Source: Patescibacteria group bacterium
GTDB lineage: Bacteria > Patescibacteriota > Microgenomatia > JAMCZE01
Direction: 5' to 3'
NCBI GenBank assembly: GCA_023380635.1
Contig: JAMCRP010000001.1
Coordinates: forward strand, 405,200-469,199
DNA: 64,000 nt
Part shown: positions 54,453 through 63,309 of the stretch, one piece after another
Numbering within the stretch: position 1 is the first letter of the stretch
Layout: every line of letters starts with the position of its first letter
Translations under genes and position numbers: made by a program
The notes under the pieces: model-generated
Seen by the model: only the letters and a program-made list of their open reading frames with translations
What the model was told of the DNA's origin: nothing
The model's database searches: none

Positions 54453-54766
54453 AAATCAACTAAATTAAATAACGCGGCGGTAACTTTTTTGCCTTTGGTG
54501 GTAAGAGAGTAATAGACCTTCAGCCCTTCCTTTTTGTCAGTAACAATTTCTGAATCTTTGAGGTCTTTGAGATGATGCGATAATAGACTTTGGGAAACAA
54601 AAAGGTGTTCCTGAAGTTCACAGACGCAATGCTGGCCCTGACGCAAAATACAAAGAATCTTTAACCGGCTTTCCTCGCCAACAATTTTAAGCAGGGGAAT
54701 TAGTTGATCAAGTTCCTTGTTATTTTTACTCCCTTTCTGACAGCAATTATATGAACTCATATTCAT
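54449..54766 (-). CDS. ArsR/SmtB-family metalloregulatory transcriptional repressor
   Basis: HCVCELQ metal-binding motif in a winged-HTH (LKILCILRQGQHCVCELQEHL); 105 aa. Confidence 0.75.
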   Translation of the reverse strand: MNMSSYNCCQKGSKNNKELDQLIPLLKIVGEESRLKILCILRQGQHCVCELQEHLFVSQSLLSHHLKDLKDSEIVTDKKEGLKVYYSLTTKGKKVTAALFNLVDL

Positions 54767-54854
54767 ATATTAACTCCAAATTAACTTAGGAAGCAATACC
54801 CGTCTGGAGTTTCCGCCACCATTAGTTCCGGGATGACGATATTATTCAAATCGG

Positions 54855-54926
54855 CTCCCCCGCTAGGACTCGAACCTAGAACATCTTCGTTAACAGCGAA
54901 GCGCTCTACCATTGAGCTACAGGGGA
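54855..54926 (-). tRNA. tRNA-Asn (anticodon GTT), U1-A72 acceptor pair as in E. coli tRNA-Asn
   Basis: Revcomp TCCCCTGTAGCTCAATGGTAGAGCGCTTCGCTGTTAACGAAGATGTTCTAGGTTCGAGTCCTAGCGGGGGAG. Confidence 0.8.
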
Positions 54927-55174
54927 TTGGCTATTAACTTTTTGATAAACAATCTTCCTTGACAACTCTTTAATTGTTTTTCTCTCTTTAGGGCTTCCGT
55001 CTTTGATTCCAAATACTCTTTATAAATTACCTTCCATTCTCCTCTCGCCTGGGCGGTGTAATGTTTTCCAACTTTCAAATTGTGTTCTTTCAGTCTTCTG
55101 TCAATATCAGATGTCTGTCCAATATAGATCTTATTCCCCTCTGCATTATATAAAGCGTAAACAAAATAGTTCAC
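54917..55174 (-). CDS. Small GIY-YIG nuclease-family protein (GTG start)
   Basis: YFVYALYNAEGNKIYIGQTSDIDRRLKEHN GIY-YIG core; 85 aa; the last three codons overlap the tRNA-Asn 5' end. Confidence 0.7.
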   Translation of the reverse strand: MNYFVYALYNAEGNKIYIGQTSDIDRRLKEHNLKVGKHYTAQARGEWKVIYKEYLESKTEALKREKQLKSCQGRLFIKKLIANPL

Positions 55175-55185
55175 ACTAATATTTT

Positions 55186-55224
55186 ACAGCGAAGCGTCCG
55201 CCAATTGGCGGACTACAGGGGATT
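55186..55224 (-). pseudogene. Partial duplicate of the tRNA-Asn 5' half (pseudo-tRNA fragment) with the D-arm replaced by a 16-bp palindrome
   Basis: acagcgaagcg-TCCGCCAATTGGCGGA-ctacaggggatt versus tRNA acagcgaagcg-ctctaccattgag-ctacaggggatt. Confidence 0.45.
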
Positions 55225-55409
55225 ATTAAATTGTGAATGTTCGGTCTCCAGGCTGAATTTTATCACAAAAAGTGGCTTCGGATATAGTCAAACAGCCGAC
55301 TGTCTGATTCTGGCACAGATATCTGTATGGCAATTCGCGCAGACAAGAACACTCGAAATGAATTTATTCTTTGTCCCCTTGCAAACTTTTTTAAACCATG
55401 TTGTACTGA

Positions 55410-56006
55410 ATGCGTATGAAAAAACTTACTCATAACAAATTTTCTCTTCCCCAGGTGGTCATTTTCGTTCTGATAGCCCTGATTATCGGCGGGGTTGGCG
55501 GTTACAAAGTCGGCAAAAAACTGACCAGCCTGGCTTACTACGCCCTGACGGAAAAAGTGGTCGCGGATAACACGGACAAAATGATCCGTTACGAAACCCA
55601 GACTGCCGTCAGCATGCTTTCCGCCATTAATAAAAAGGCGGCTACCGGGGAACTGACGCCCGCCTACGCCAATAAACTGGCCGCCGACCTTCTTCGCGAC
55701 CTGCGCTACGGTGACGACCAGCAAGGTTATTTCTGGGCAGACACGACCAACGGAGTCAATGTCGTTTTGTACGGCCGGACCGATGTCGAAGGAAAAAACC
55801 GGTACAACGACCAGATCGACGGGATTAATTACATCCAGGAAATTATCGCCCAGGGTCAGAAACCAAGCGGCGGTTATACCGACTATTTCTACCCGAAATT
55901 ACAGGGCAGCACCCCCGAGGCCAAACGGGCCTACAGCTTGCTGTCTCAGCCCTATCAGTGGGTTGTCGGCACCGGTTACTATCTTAATGACATTAAGCTG
56001 AAATAA
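55410..56006 (+). CDS. Membrane-anchored single Cache (sCache-like) extracytoplasmic sensor domain protein
   Basis: N-terminal TM then DDQQGYFWADTTNGVNVVLYG...GGYTDYFYPK...YQWVVGTGYY, typical Cache ligand-binding domain motifs; no output domain. Confidence 0.5.
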   Translation: MRMKKLTHNKFSLPQVVIFVLIALIIGGVGGYKVGKKLTSLAYYALTEKVVADNTDKMIRYETQTAVSMLSAINKKAATGELTPAYANKLAADLLRDLRYGDDQQGYFWADTTNGVNVVLYGRTDVEGKNRYNDQIDGINYIQEIIAQGQKPSGGYTDYFYPKLQGSTPEAKRAYSLLSQPYQWVVGTGYYLNDIKLK

Positions 56007-56026
56007 AAGCGGGGCTTCCAAAGCTT

Positions 56027-56833
56027 GTGAAAGAAAAAAGAGGCAACATCCTGGTTATTATCCCGATTCTTGTAATTCTTCTTACTATTGCTGCCGGATA
56101 TCTTTATTTCCAAAAACAGGAAACAAAACCTGCTTCACAAGTTGTTCAGAAAACAGCTAAGAATACACCTGGCGAAACCGCTAGCAATTCTGCTAAATTC
56201 CCACCATCGCCCGTTCCGCCTGTTAATCCCAATAAAGACCCGTTGTCGCTTTACACCACTGATTATCTGAAAAGACAATTTCCCCCAAACAAGTTTATGG
56301 GGTTGGAAAATTATCCGCAGGAAATCACTTCCGTTAAGGAATCGGATTTAGTTGGTCTGAAATGTTCGCCTTACTATAATAAAGACTGGAACGGAATCTG
56401 GTATCGCAGCGGCGACGGAAAAAAACTGGCCGACGGTTCCCAGGAAACCTCAGCCTTCTTCCAGAAACTGCAGTCTTTCTCGGAAATTCTTATTAAAAAA
56501 CCCATTGAGTCCAACTTCCAGCTTTGTGAAACCGAAGACGGGCGGCAATTGGTTTTACACGATAACCACCTCGGTCTGGTTAAGGCTGATATCACTTTTG
56601 TTCCCGTTACTACTCTTTCTGATCCCGGTGATCCTTATTTCGTCTGCCCCAACCCGATCCAGCTGACCAAGAGTGATCTTTTCTATTATGAATGCGGCTC
56701 CGGTGACGGTGGGGCAGCTTATGGTTTTCTGTTTCGAATTGACTTAAACCAAAAAACCAGCCAATTAATTCGTAAATGCCAAACCCTTGATGCCCAACTA
56801 ACCGGAAGTGAAAGAGAAACTAAATGTGAATAA
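56027..56833 (+). CDS. Membrane-anchored hypothetical protein (268 aa)
   Basis: Signal-anchor ILVIIPILVILLTIAAGYLYF; Cys-containing extracytoplasmic domain. Confidence 0.45.
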   Translation: MKEKRGNILVIIPILVILLTIAAGYLYFQKQETKPASQVVQKTAKNTPGETASNSAKFPPSPVPPVNPNKDPLSLYTTDYLKRQFPPNKFMGLENYPQEITSVKESDLVGLKCSPYYNKDWNGIWYRSGDGKKLADGSQETSAFFQKLQSFSEILIKKPIESNFQLCETEDGRQLVLHDNHLGLVKADITFVPVTTLSDPGDPYFVCPNPIQLTKSDLFYYECGSGDGGAAYGFLFRIDLNQKTSQLIRKCQTLDAQLTGSERETKCE

Positions 56834-56850
56834 TCTGATATACTAATTTC

Positions 56851-57249
56851 ATGAAAGGTTTTTCCGTCAACATTGAACAGGCCACTTTGGAAAACACCAA
56901 TTTCCGCAAGGTGTTGTATACCGCCAAACATTCTCAGTTGGTCTTAATGACTCTCCAGCCCAAAGAAGAAATTGGGATGGAAGTGCATCCGGATAATGAC
57001 CAGTTTTTCCGCTTTGAAAAAGGCACCGGTAAGGCAATCATTGACGGCAATGAGTATCCGATTAGTAATGGCACAGTCGTGATTGTCCCGGCCGGAGCGC
57101 AGCATAATATTATTAATCTCTCGGAAACGGAAACCTTAAATCTTTACACCCTGTATTGCCCTCCACATCATCAGGACGGCGTTTTGCGGGCCACAAAAGC
57201 GGAAGCGGTGGCCTCGGCCCCGGAATTTGACGGCAAAACTTCCGAATAA
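56851..57249 (+). CDS. Cupin-domain protein
   Basis: GMEVHPDNDQFFRFEKGTG...VVIVPAGAQHNIIN, the two cupin motifs; 132 aa. Confidence 0.65.
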   Translation: MKGFSVNIEQATLENTNFRKVLYTAKHSQLVLMTLQPKEEIGMEVHPDNDQFFRFEKGTGKAIIDGNEYPISNGTVVIVPAGAQHNIINLSETETLNLYTLYCPPHHQDGVLRATKAEAVASAPEFDGKTSE

Positions 57250-57291
57250 GCTTCTTACCGCGTTTTTATATGAAAAGTTAATAGTGGCGGC

Positions 57292-57597
57292 GTGTTAGCT
57301 TTTCTCCTTATCCTCTTGTTGGCCCTGTGGATTTTGGGCTATGTCACTATTCCCGGTTTGGCGGTGCCCGCCTTTCCCTTGTTTTACATCGGCGCCCACC
57401 CGGTGACCATTTGGGACCTTCTGGTTTTTGCCGTCATTATCTGGGCCGCCAGCGTTTTACCCTCGCCGATCCGGCAAATTGTTTGGGTGATTGTGGTTTT
57501 GTGGTTATTGTCGATACTTGGAGTCCTGGTTTTTGCCGGCTTACCCAGTCTTCTGATTATTGCCGTAATTTTGGGCCTGTTAATCGCTATTTTTTAG
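57292..57597 (+). CDS. Small hydrophobic membrane protein (hypothetical)
   Basis: 101 aa with 3 TM helices; LTG-type start. Confidence 0.3.
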   Translation: MLAFLLILLLALWILGYVTIPGLAVPAFPLFYIGAHPVTIWDLLVFAVIIWAASVLPSPIRQIVWVIVVLWLLSILGVLVFAGLPSLLIIAVILGLLIAIF

Positions 57598-58360
57598 CCA
57601 CCGCCACCAGTTGGTCTCCCAGGCCCGTTACTTTAGCCTTGATTAGTAAGAGAGCAAACACTGCGCCTTTTATTCCTGGGACCTGATAGTCCATGTTTAT
57701 TACCGAGATATTAACGTTATTAAAAACGTTATTCTCTAATAATTGATGCAAAGTGGCGGGAGAAAATTGCCAGAGGTGTTGGCTGGGCTGTAAACCATAC
57801 CATCGCTGTCGAAAAATAAAATACATGAGGGACCGGATATTCGGACAGGAAATTAAAATTATGCCGCCGGGTTTTAAGAGCTTTTGGCATTTACCCAGAA
57901 AAGTATTCAAATCCGGCACATGTTCAATGACATGTTTTAAGATAATCGCGTCATATTTTTTTCTGGCCTTAAATTTTTCCAAAGAAGTTGCCTGAATTTT
58001 TACACCCAATTTTTTAGCACCTACTGCCACAAATACTTTAGCCGGTTCAACGCCTTCCGCTTTAAAGCCTCTTTTGTTGGCTTCTTTGACTAAAAACCCC
58101 GTCCCCGCCCCGATATCCAGAAGACTGCCTTTACTAATAGGTAAGTAGTCGAGTAGTTCTTTGGCATATTTCTCGTGTTTACTCCTGTCTTCGCCAAACT
58201 GGCTCAACGCCTCTTTTCTGCTCTCGTATATCCGGTTCTTTTTCTTGGTGACCGTTTTTATCAACCCACACTTTTGACACCTTTCTAAAACAAATCCTTT
58301 CCCCACCAGATATTTCTCCCAGCGATTACCTTCACAAACCGGACATTTCGTTTTTTCCAT
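57587..58360 (-). CDS. Class I SAM-dependent methyltransferase with N-terminal zinc ribbon
   Basis: CPVCEG...CQKCG zinc ribbon; LLDIGAGTGFL (motif I), ILKHVIEHV, GGIILIS; 257 aa. Confidence 0.7.
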   Translation of the reverse strand: MEKTKCPVCEGNRWEKYLVGKGFVLERCQKCGLIKTVTKKKNRIYESRKEALSQFGEDRSKHEKYAKELLDYLPISKGSLLDIGAGTGFLVKEANKRGFKAEGVEPAKVFVAVGAKKLGVKIQATSLEKFKARKKYDAIILKHVIEHVPDLNTFLGKCQKLLKPGGIILISCPNIRSLMYFIFRQRWYGLQPSQHLWQFSPATLHQLLENNVFNNVNISVINMDYQVPGIKGAVFALLLIKAKVTGLGDQLVAVAKK

Positions 58361-58374
58361 AGTCTGATATTACA

Positions 58375-58767
58375 TCAGACTACCATGTTGGGCGTGTAGG
58401 CCACCTCCAAAATCATCCCGTCGGGGTCATAAAAATCACAAGTGTAGTAACCGGCAGAATAATTTTCCATGGAAATCGGCCCGGCAAAAACCCGGTGATG
58501 TTGAGAAATCAGCCAGCGGCAAACCTCATCCACGACCTCCCGGCTAGTAGCCTGCAAACAAAGATGGTGCACGCCCAGCGACAGGACCCGCGAGGTTGAC
58601 GATTCTTCGCGAAGATAAATCTCCGTTTGGCCGTTGGACCAGCCGCCTTCCCGGATTTCTTTCCAGCCTGTCAGGGCAAAAATTCTGTTATAAAACTCCT
58701 GTGACCTTTTAAAATCGGAGACCCAGATTTCCAGATGGTTTATTCCCGGCGCTAATTGGACTGGCAT
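58375..58767 (-). CDS. VOC-family (glyoxalase/bleomycin-resistance/dioxygenase fold) protein
   Basis: INHLEIWVSD...HHLCLQA...YFYDPDGMILEV; 130 aa. Confidence 0.6.
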   Translation of the reverse strand: MPVQLAPGINHLEIWVSDFKRSQEFYNRIFALTGWKEIREGGWSNGQTEIYLREESSTSRVLSLGVHHLCLQATSREVVDEVCRWLISQHHRVFAGPISMENYSAGYYTCDFYDPDGMILEVAYTPNMVV

Positions 58768-58862
58768 AACCGACCTTCTAACATATAAATAAAAGAAACC
58801 GGTAAAAGCCTTGATTTCGAAGCTAAATTCGCTTAAAATCGCCCGGTCTGCCCGAAAAACTT

Positions 58863-59405
58863 TTGGCTGCTATCAAAAATTGGGGGCTGCTCTTGCTTGC
58901 GGCTTATCTGCTGTTTTCGCTTCATCCAAACGGCATCCTGGCTTCCGACACTAAAGAAGTATTGGCTCTCCGGCCAAAACCCACCCCGGCCGTTATCTCT
59001 CCGGTTAACACTAGTAACAGTGACAATCGCCTGATTATTCCGGCCATCGGTCTGGATACGAAAATTGTTCCCACCGGTTTAGGACCAGACGGTTTACAAG
59101 TCGTGCCGGACAAAATTCCCGGCTGGTACGCTTTGGATTCCAAACCAGGGGAGAGAGGTAACGCCGTTCTGGTCGGCCATACCCCCGGCATCTTCTCCAA
59201 AATTATCAATTTAAAACCCGGCGATAAGATTTATGCTGACGGAGCAACTTACGAAGTGACTAAAAATGTTTTATATACTGTCAGTAACTTCCCCACTTCA
59301 GACATTTATGGTCCCTCGAATGACTTTAATTTAATTATGATTACCTGCACCGGAATTTCCGGCCGAACGGTCGTTTTCTCTAACAGGATCCTTACCCCCC
59401 GTTAA
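58863..59405 (+). CDS. Sortase (class E/F-like)
   Basis: Signal-anchor; NAVLVGH (catalytic His), LIMITCTG (TLxTC Cys motif), terminal Arg region; 180 aa. Confidence 0.7.
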   Translation: MAAIKNWGLLLLAAYLLFSLHPNGILASDTKEVLALRPKPTPAVISPVNTSNSDNRLIIPAIGLDTKIVPTGLGPDGLQVVPDKIPGWYALDSKPGERGNAVLVGHTPGIFSKIINLKPGDKIYADGATYEVTKNVLYTVSNFPTSDIYGPSNDFNLIMITCTGISGRTVVFSNRILTPR

Positions 59406-59460
59406 CCCCAAAATTTCCTGCACGTTTTAGCATGCCCTTCTGAAAGGAGGTGGAAAAGAT

Positions 59461-59679
59461 ATGACCAGAACCCTCATTACCGCCGTTCTCGCTTTTGCCC
59501 TGGCGTTCTTTGCTGTCGTGGGAATTGCTCGTGCCCAGACAGCTACTGACCAAAGCACTACTAATCCCAGTGGCACAACCCAAAACACTACCCAGCAGGG
59601 AACTTCCGGCACCAGCGGAACCAGCAGCTCAACCAGTACCACGACCACACCCAGCGGTGCTCCGTCAACCGGGTTCTAA
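59461..59679 (+). CDS. Small secreted Ser/Thr-rich protein between two sortase genes (candidate sortase substrate or pilin-like subunit)
   Basis: SD GAAAGGAGGTG 8 nt upstream. Signal peptide MTRTLITAVLAFALAFFAVVGIARA, then a 47-aa S/T/G/Q-rich tail ending PSGAPSTGF; no LPXTG, TM or basic tail. Confidence 0.45.
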   Translation: MTRTLITAVLAFALAFFAVVGIARAQTATDQSTTNPSGTTQNTTQQGTSGTSGTSSSTSTTTTPSGAPSTGF

Positions 59680-59689
59680 TTTAATCTAA

Positions 59690-60256
59690 ATGAAAAGGGC
59701 GATAGTTACTTTGATCGCTATTGCCCTGGGCGCTCTAGCCGCAGTATTTGTTGTCAGGCCGAGGTTGCCTCCGATTCCGGCATTCATTAATAGTCAGGCA
59801 AAAACCCCAGTGGCCGATCCGGCCCGGTTGGTTATTTCCAAAATCGGGGTAAACGCAGCCATCGAACCGGTCGGCTTAGACAAAAACGGTAATATGGGCG
59901 TTCCGACAAATATTTATAACGCCGGCTGGTATGCCTTAGGTCCTAAACCCGGGCAGATCGGTCAGGCAGTCATCGACGGCCACCTGAACACTCCGGAGTT
60001 GCAACCAAACATTTTTTGGAATCTGAAAAAGCTGCAACCGGGGGATATTGTCACTATCTTGGATACCTCAGGGCAACAATACAATTTTATTGTTCAGAAA
60101 GTGGTCAGCGAAAATACAGTCGACTTTCCGATCCAAAAAATTTTCGGCCCGGCTAGCCGGCCGCAGTTAAATCTGATTACCTGCGACGGGGTCTGGAGCA
60201 ACCAGAAGGGAACATACTCTCAAAGAGTGGTCGTTTATACTGATTTGGGGCGGTAA
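59690..60256 (+). CDS. Sortase (class E/F-like), second copy
   Basis: AVIDGH, LNLITCDG and terminal R motifs; 188 aa. Confidence 0.7.
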   Translation: MKRAIVTLIAIALGALAAVFVVRPRLPPIPAFINSQAKTPVADPARLVISKIGVNAAIEPVGLDKNGNMGVPTNIYNAGWYALGPKPGQIGQAVIDGHLNTPELQPNIFWNLKKLQPGDIVTILDTSGQQYNFIVQKVVSENTVDFPIQKIFGPASRPQLNLITCDGVWSNQKGTYSQRVVVYTDLGR

Positions 60257-60711
60257 ACATAAACCCCTTCCCGCTGCAAAACCGGGAGCCAGTGGGGAAA
60301 CACGAAGACATTGGAAATAATTAGCGTTCCCGGTTTAGCTTCGCTCTCAATTTTTTTCTCCAGTTTTTCCATGATAGAAGTAATGCCGTAAAGCGTAATT
60401 ACATCGGCCTCGCTTAAGTCCGTCTCCCAAAAACTTTGAGCAAGAATGTTAGCCTTATTATTTAGCCTGGTATTGGCAATATTTCGCCGGGCCAGCGCTA
60501 CCCGCTCCGGACTGATTTCTACTCCCGTCGCTTCAGCCCCGTTTTGGGCAAAGGCGATCACCACCCGCCCATCGCCAGCCCCCAAATCGATAGTTTTTTT
60601 ACCCTGAAGCGGCCCGGCCAGCTCTACCATTATTCGTACTTTTTCTTCCAGGCTGGGAACAAACGGAATGTCATATTTTTGAGAACTAAGGTCAGGAAAA
60701 GTAGGAGTCAT
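60235..60711 (-). CDS. Small class I SAM-dependent methyltransferase
   Basis: TIDLGAGDGRVVIAFAQNGAEATGVEISPERV (motif I, post I); 158 aa. Confidence 0.6.
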   Translation of the reverse strand: MTPTFPDLSSQKYDIPFVPSLEEKVRIMVELAGPLQGKKTIDLGAGDGRVVIAFAQNGAEATGVEISPERVALARRNIANTRLNNKANILAQSFWETDLSEADVITLYGITSIMEKLEKKIESEAKPGTLIISNVFVFPHWLPVLQREGVYVYRPKSV

Positions 60712-60758
60712 GAGCGCAAATAGTAACCAAAGACTGTAAGAAATCGTTAAATCAGAAG

Positions 60759-61265
60759 TTAGGTTTTTAAATCCCCCGGAAAATCCTGAATCAGTTTTTG
60801 AATTTTCGGATCAATAATGACCCGACAGTAGGGATAGTCCGGATTGTTTTCATAAAAGTTCCGGTGATACTCTTCCGCCGGATAAAACCTGGTCAAGGGT
60901 CTGATTTCCGTCACGTATCCCGGCTTTAACATTTCTTCCGCAATTTTTTTCTGCTTATCGTTACGATAAAAAATGGCCGAGCGGTACTGGGTTCCTTCGT
61001 CATAACCCTGTTTATTCATAGTAGTAGGATCATGCAGGGCAAAAAACACTTCCAGGAGTTTTTGGAAAGAAAGAACCCTGGGATCAAATTTAACCTGAAC
61101 CGCTTCGACGTGGCCGGTGCCGCTCCTTAATACTTCTTCGTAGGAGGGGTCGTCCAAAACTCCGCCGGTATAGCCGGGAATAACAGAGGTGACTCCTTTT
61201 AGCCGTTTAAAAATTGCTTCGGTACACCAAAAACACCCGCCTGCCAAGGTCGCCGTTTCTTCCAT
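60759..61265 (-). CDS. msrA: Peptide-methionine (S)-S-oxide reductase MsrA
   Basis: GGCFWC catalytic motif; conserved GHVEAVQVKFDP and YHRNFY. Confidence 0.85.
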   Translation of the reverse strand: MEETATLAGGCFWCTEAIFKRLKGVTSVIPGYTGGVLDDPSYEEVLRSGTGHVEAVQVKFDPRVLSFQKLLEVFFALHDPTTMNKQGYDEGTQYRSAIFYRNDKQKKIAEEMLKPGYVTEIRPLTRFYPAEEYHRNFYENNPDYPYCRVIIDPKIQKLIQDFPGDLKT

Positions 61266-61534
61266 TGTAGTATCGTACTGAAAGAGCGTAAAAAATTAAT
61301 AAGAGTTCATAGTAATTTTTCCTCTTGACGCAAAATTACCCGGAATGGTCTACTGGTATAAGAGACAGAAAGCGAGGTGAAAATATGGTTAAACACTTAA
61401 AAAAAGCCTTGTGCAAGCTGGGCTGCCACCATTACTGCGACAGCTCCTGCTGTAAAAAGACCGGCAAAAAGAAAAAGTAACTTTTTAGCCGTCTCTCAGC
61501 TAAATTTCAGCTCTGCGGTATAATAACTGCTCGT

Positions 61535-62215
61535 ATGAGAGTTTTGGTCGTGGAAGACGAGCACAAGATTGCTTCCTCCATTAAAAAAGGCCTGGAACAG
61601 GAGTCTTTTGCTGTGGACTTAGCCTTTGATGGCAATACCGGTTATGATCTGGCCGCCTCGGAAGATTATGACATTATCCTTCTCGATCTGCTTTTGCCGG
61701 AAATGTCCGGCATGGAAATTTGTAAAAGGCTTCGGGGCGGAGGAATCCACACCCCCATTCTTATCCTGACAGCCAAAGGCCAACTGGAAGACAAGGTTAA
61801 CGGCCTCAACGCCGGGGCCGACGATTATCTAACCAAACCTTTTGCTTTTGAAGAACTTTTGGCTCGGGTCAAAGCTCTGGGCCGCCGGCCTAAAAATTCT
61901 TTAGGAACCAGCCTTTCTGTTGAAGACTTAACATTGGATACCGTGTCCTACGAAGTCATGCGAAGTGGTAAGAAAATCCCGCTATCCAGTCGGGAATACG
62001 CTCTCCTGGAATATCTGATACGACACCATGACCAAACCCTGTCTAAAGAACAAATTATCAGCCATATTTGGGATTACGACGCCGATGTTTTGCCCAATAC
62101 CGTCGAAGTTTATATTGGTTATTTGCGTAACAAAATTGATAAACCTTTTCCCCAAAGTCCGGCTTTAATTCACACTGTCCGGGGTTTTGGCTACCGGCTG
62201 GGCAAGGCTAGCTAA
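61535..62215 (+). CDS. OmpR-family two-component response regulator
   Basis: Receiver domain (VLVVEDE...ILLDLLLP...LILTAK) and winged-helix DNA-binding domain (VRGFGYRL). Confidence 0.85.
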   Translation: MRVLVVEDEHKIASSIKKGLEQESFAVDLAFDGNTGYDLAASEDYDIILLDLLLPEMSGMEICKRLRGGGIHTPILILTAKGQLEDKVNGLNAGADDYLTKPFAFEELLARVKALGRRPKNSLGTSLSVEDLTLDTVSYEVMRSGKKIPLSSREYALLEYLIRHHDQTLSKEQIISHIWDYDADVLPNTVEVYIGYLRNKIDKPFPQSPALIHTVRGFGYRLGKAS

Positions 62216-63245
62216 GAATATGTTTCATTCCGCCAGATTAAAACTGACCGCCTGGTATCTTCTTATTATCATGCTGATTACCGTGTCGTTTAGCGTGGCC
62301 ATGTACAGGGTCAGCACCTCAGAACTGGACCGGATCGAACAGACTCTGCGCAGCCGCTCGGAGCGGCGGATTATTTTACGGCCGGGCACGCCGACACCGC
62401 TTTATATTATCGATCCGGACATTCTGGAAGAAACCCGCCGGCGACTGATTGCGGTCTTAGCCATTATCGATTTGGGGATTCTGGTAATTTCCGCCGGGGC
62501 CGGCTATTTTCTGGCCGGCCGGACGCTGGGCCCGATTAAAGAAATGGTTGACGAACAAAACCGGTTCATTACTGACGCTTCCCACGAACTACGCACTCCC
62601 TTAACTTCGCTCAAAACGGCCACGGAAGTTTATCTGCGGGACAAACAGCCTAAGATTGCCGACACCCGGGAACTGATTGCCAGTAATCTCGAAGAGATTA
62701 ACCGGTTGCAATACCTTTCTGATAACCTGATTAAACTGACCCAGTACGGAAAAACCGAGAATGGCATCACTTTTGAGCCCGTCCGCCTGGCTAAAATTAT
62801 TGACGAAGCCGTTTCTAAAGTGGCTGCTCTTTCCAAAGCAAAAAAGATTACCATTGATAACCGAACGGCCGATTACCGACTGGAAGGCAACGCGGCCTCT
62901 CTTTGCGAATTGTTTGTAATTCTTTTGGATAACGCGATTAAATATAGTCCCGAGCACTCCAAAATTTCCCTGACTTCGAAAGGCAACAACCAGTCCGTTA
63001 CCATTGAGGTTGCAGATCAAGGTATGGGTATTGACCCTTCCGATTTGCCCCATATCTTTGACCGTTTCTACCGGGCAGACAAATCCCGCCACATTACTCA
63101 AACCGCCGGCTACGGTTTGGGCCTGTCGATTGCCGCTCAAATTATCAAAAAACACAACGGCTCAATTCAGGCTCAAAGCTGGCCGGGGGACGGCAGCGTT
63201 TTCTTTGTTAACCTTCCCCGCACCCAATCCTCACGGTTAATTTAA
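62187..63245 (+). CDS. Sensor histidine kinase (HisKA + HATPase_c) with two TM helices
   Basis: H-box SHELRTPL; N, G1 and G2 boxes (DNAIKYS, DQGMGI, GYGLGLSI). Confidence 0.8.
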   Translation: MATGWARLAKNMFHSARLKLTAWYLLIIMLITVSFSVAMYRVSTSELDRIEQTLRSRSERRIILRPGTPTPLYIIDPDILEETRRRLIAVLAIIDLGILVISAGAGYFLAGRTLGPIKEMVDEQNRFITDASHELRTPLTSLKTATEVYLRDKQPKIADTRELIASNLEEINRLQYLSDNLIKLTQYGKTENGITFEPVRLAKIIDEAVSKVAALSKAKKITIDNRTADYRLEGNAASLCELFVILLDNAIKYSPEHSKISLTSKGNNQSVTIEVADQGMGIDPSDLPHIFDRFYRADKSRHITQTAGYGLGLSIAAQIIKKHNGSIQAQSWPGDGSVFFVNLPRTQSSRLI

Positions 63246-63309
63246 CTGCCGTGTGATAGAATCCGTTTTCTAAGCAATTTCTCAGTTTGCCATCATAAAG
63301 TTCGGCCCG

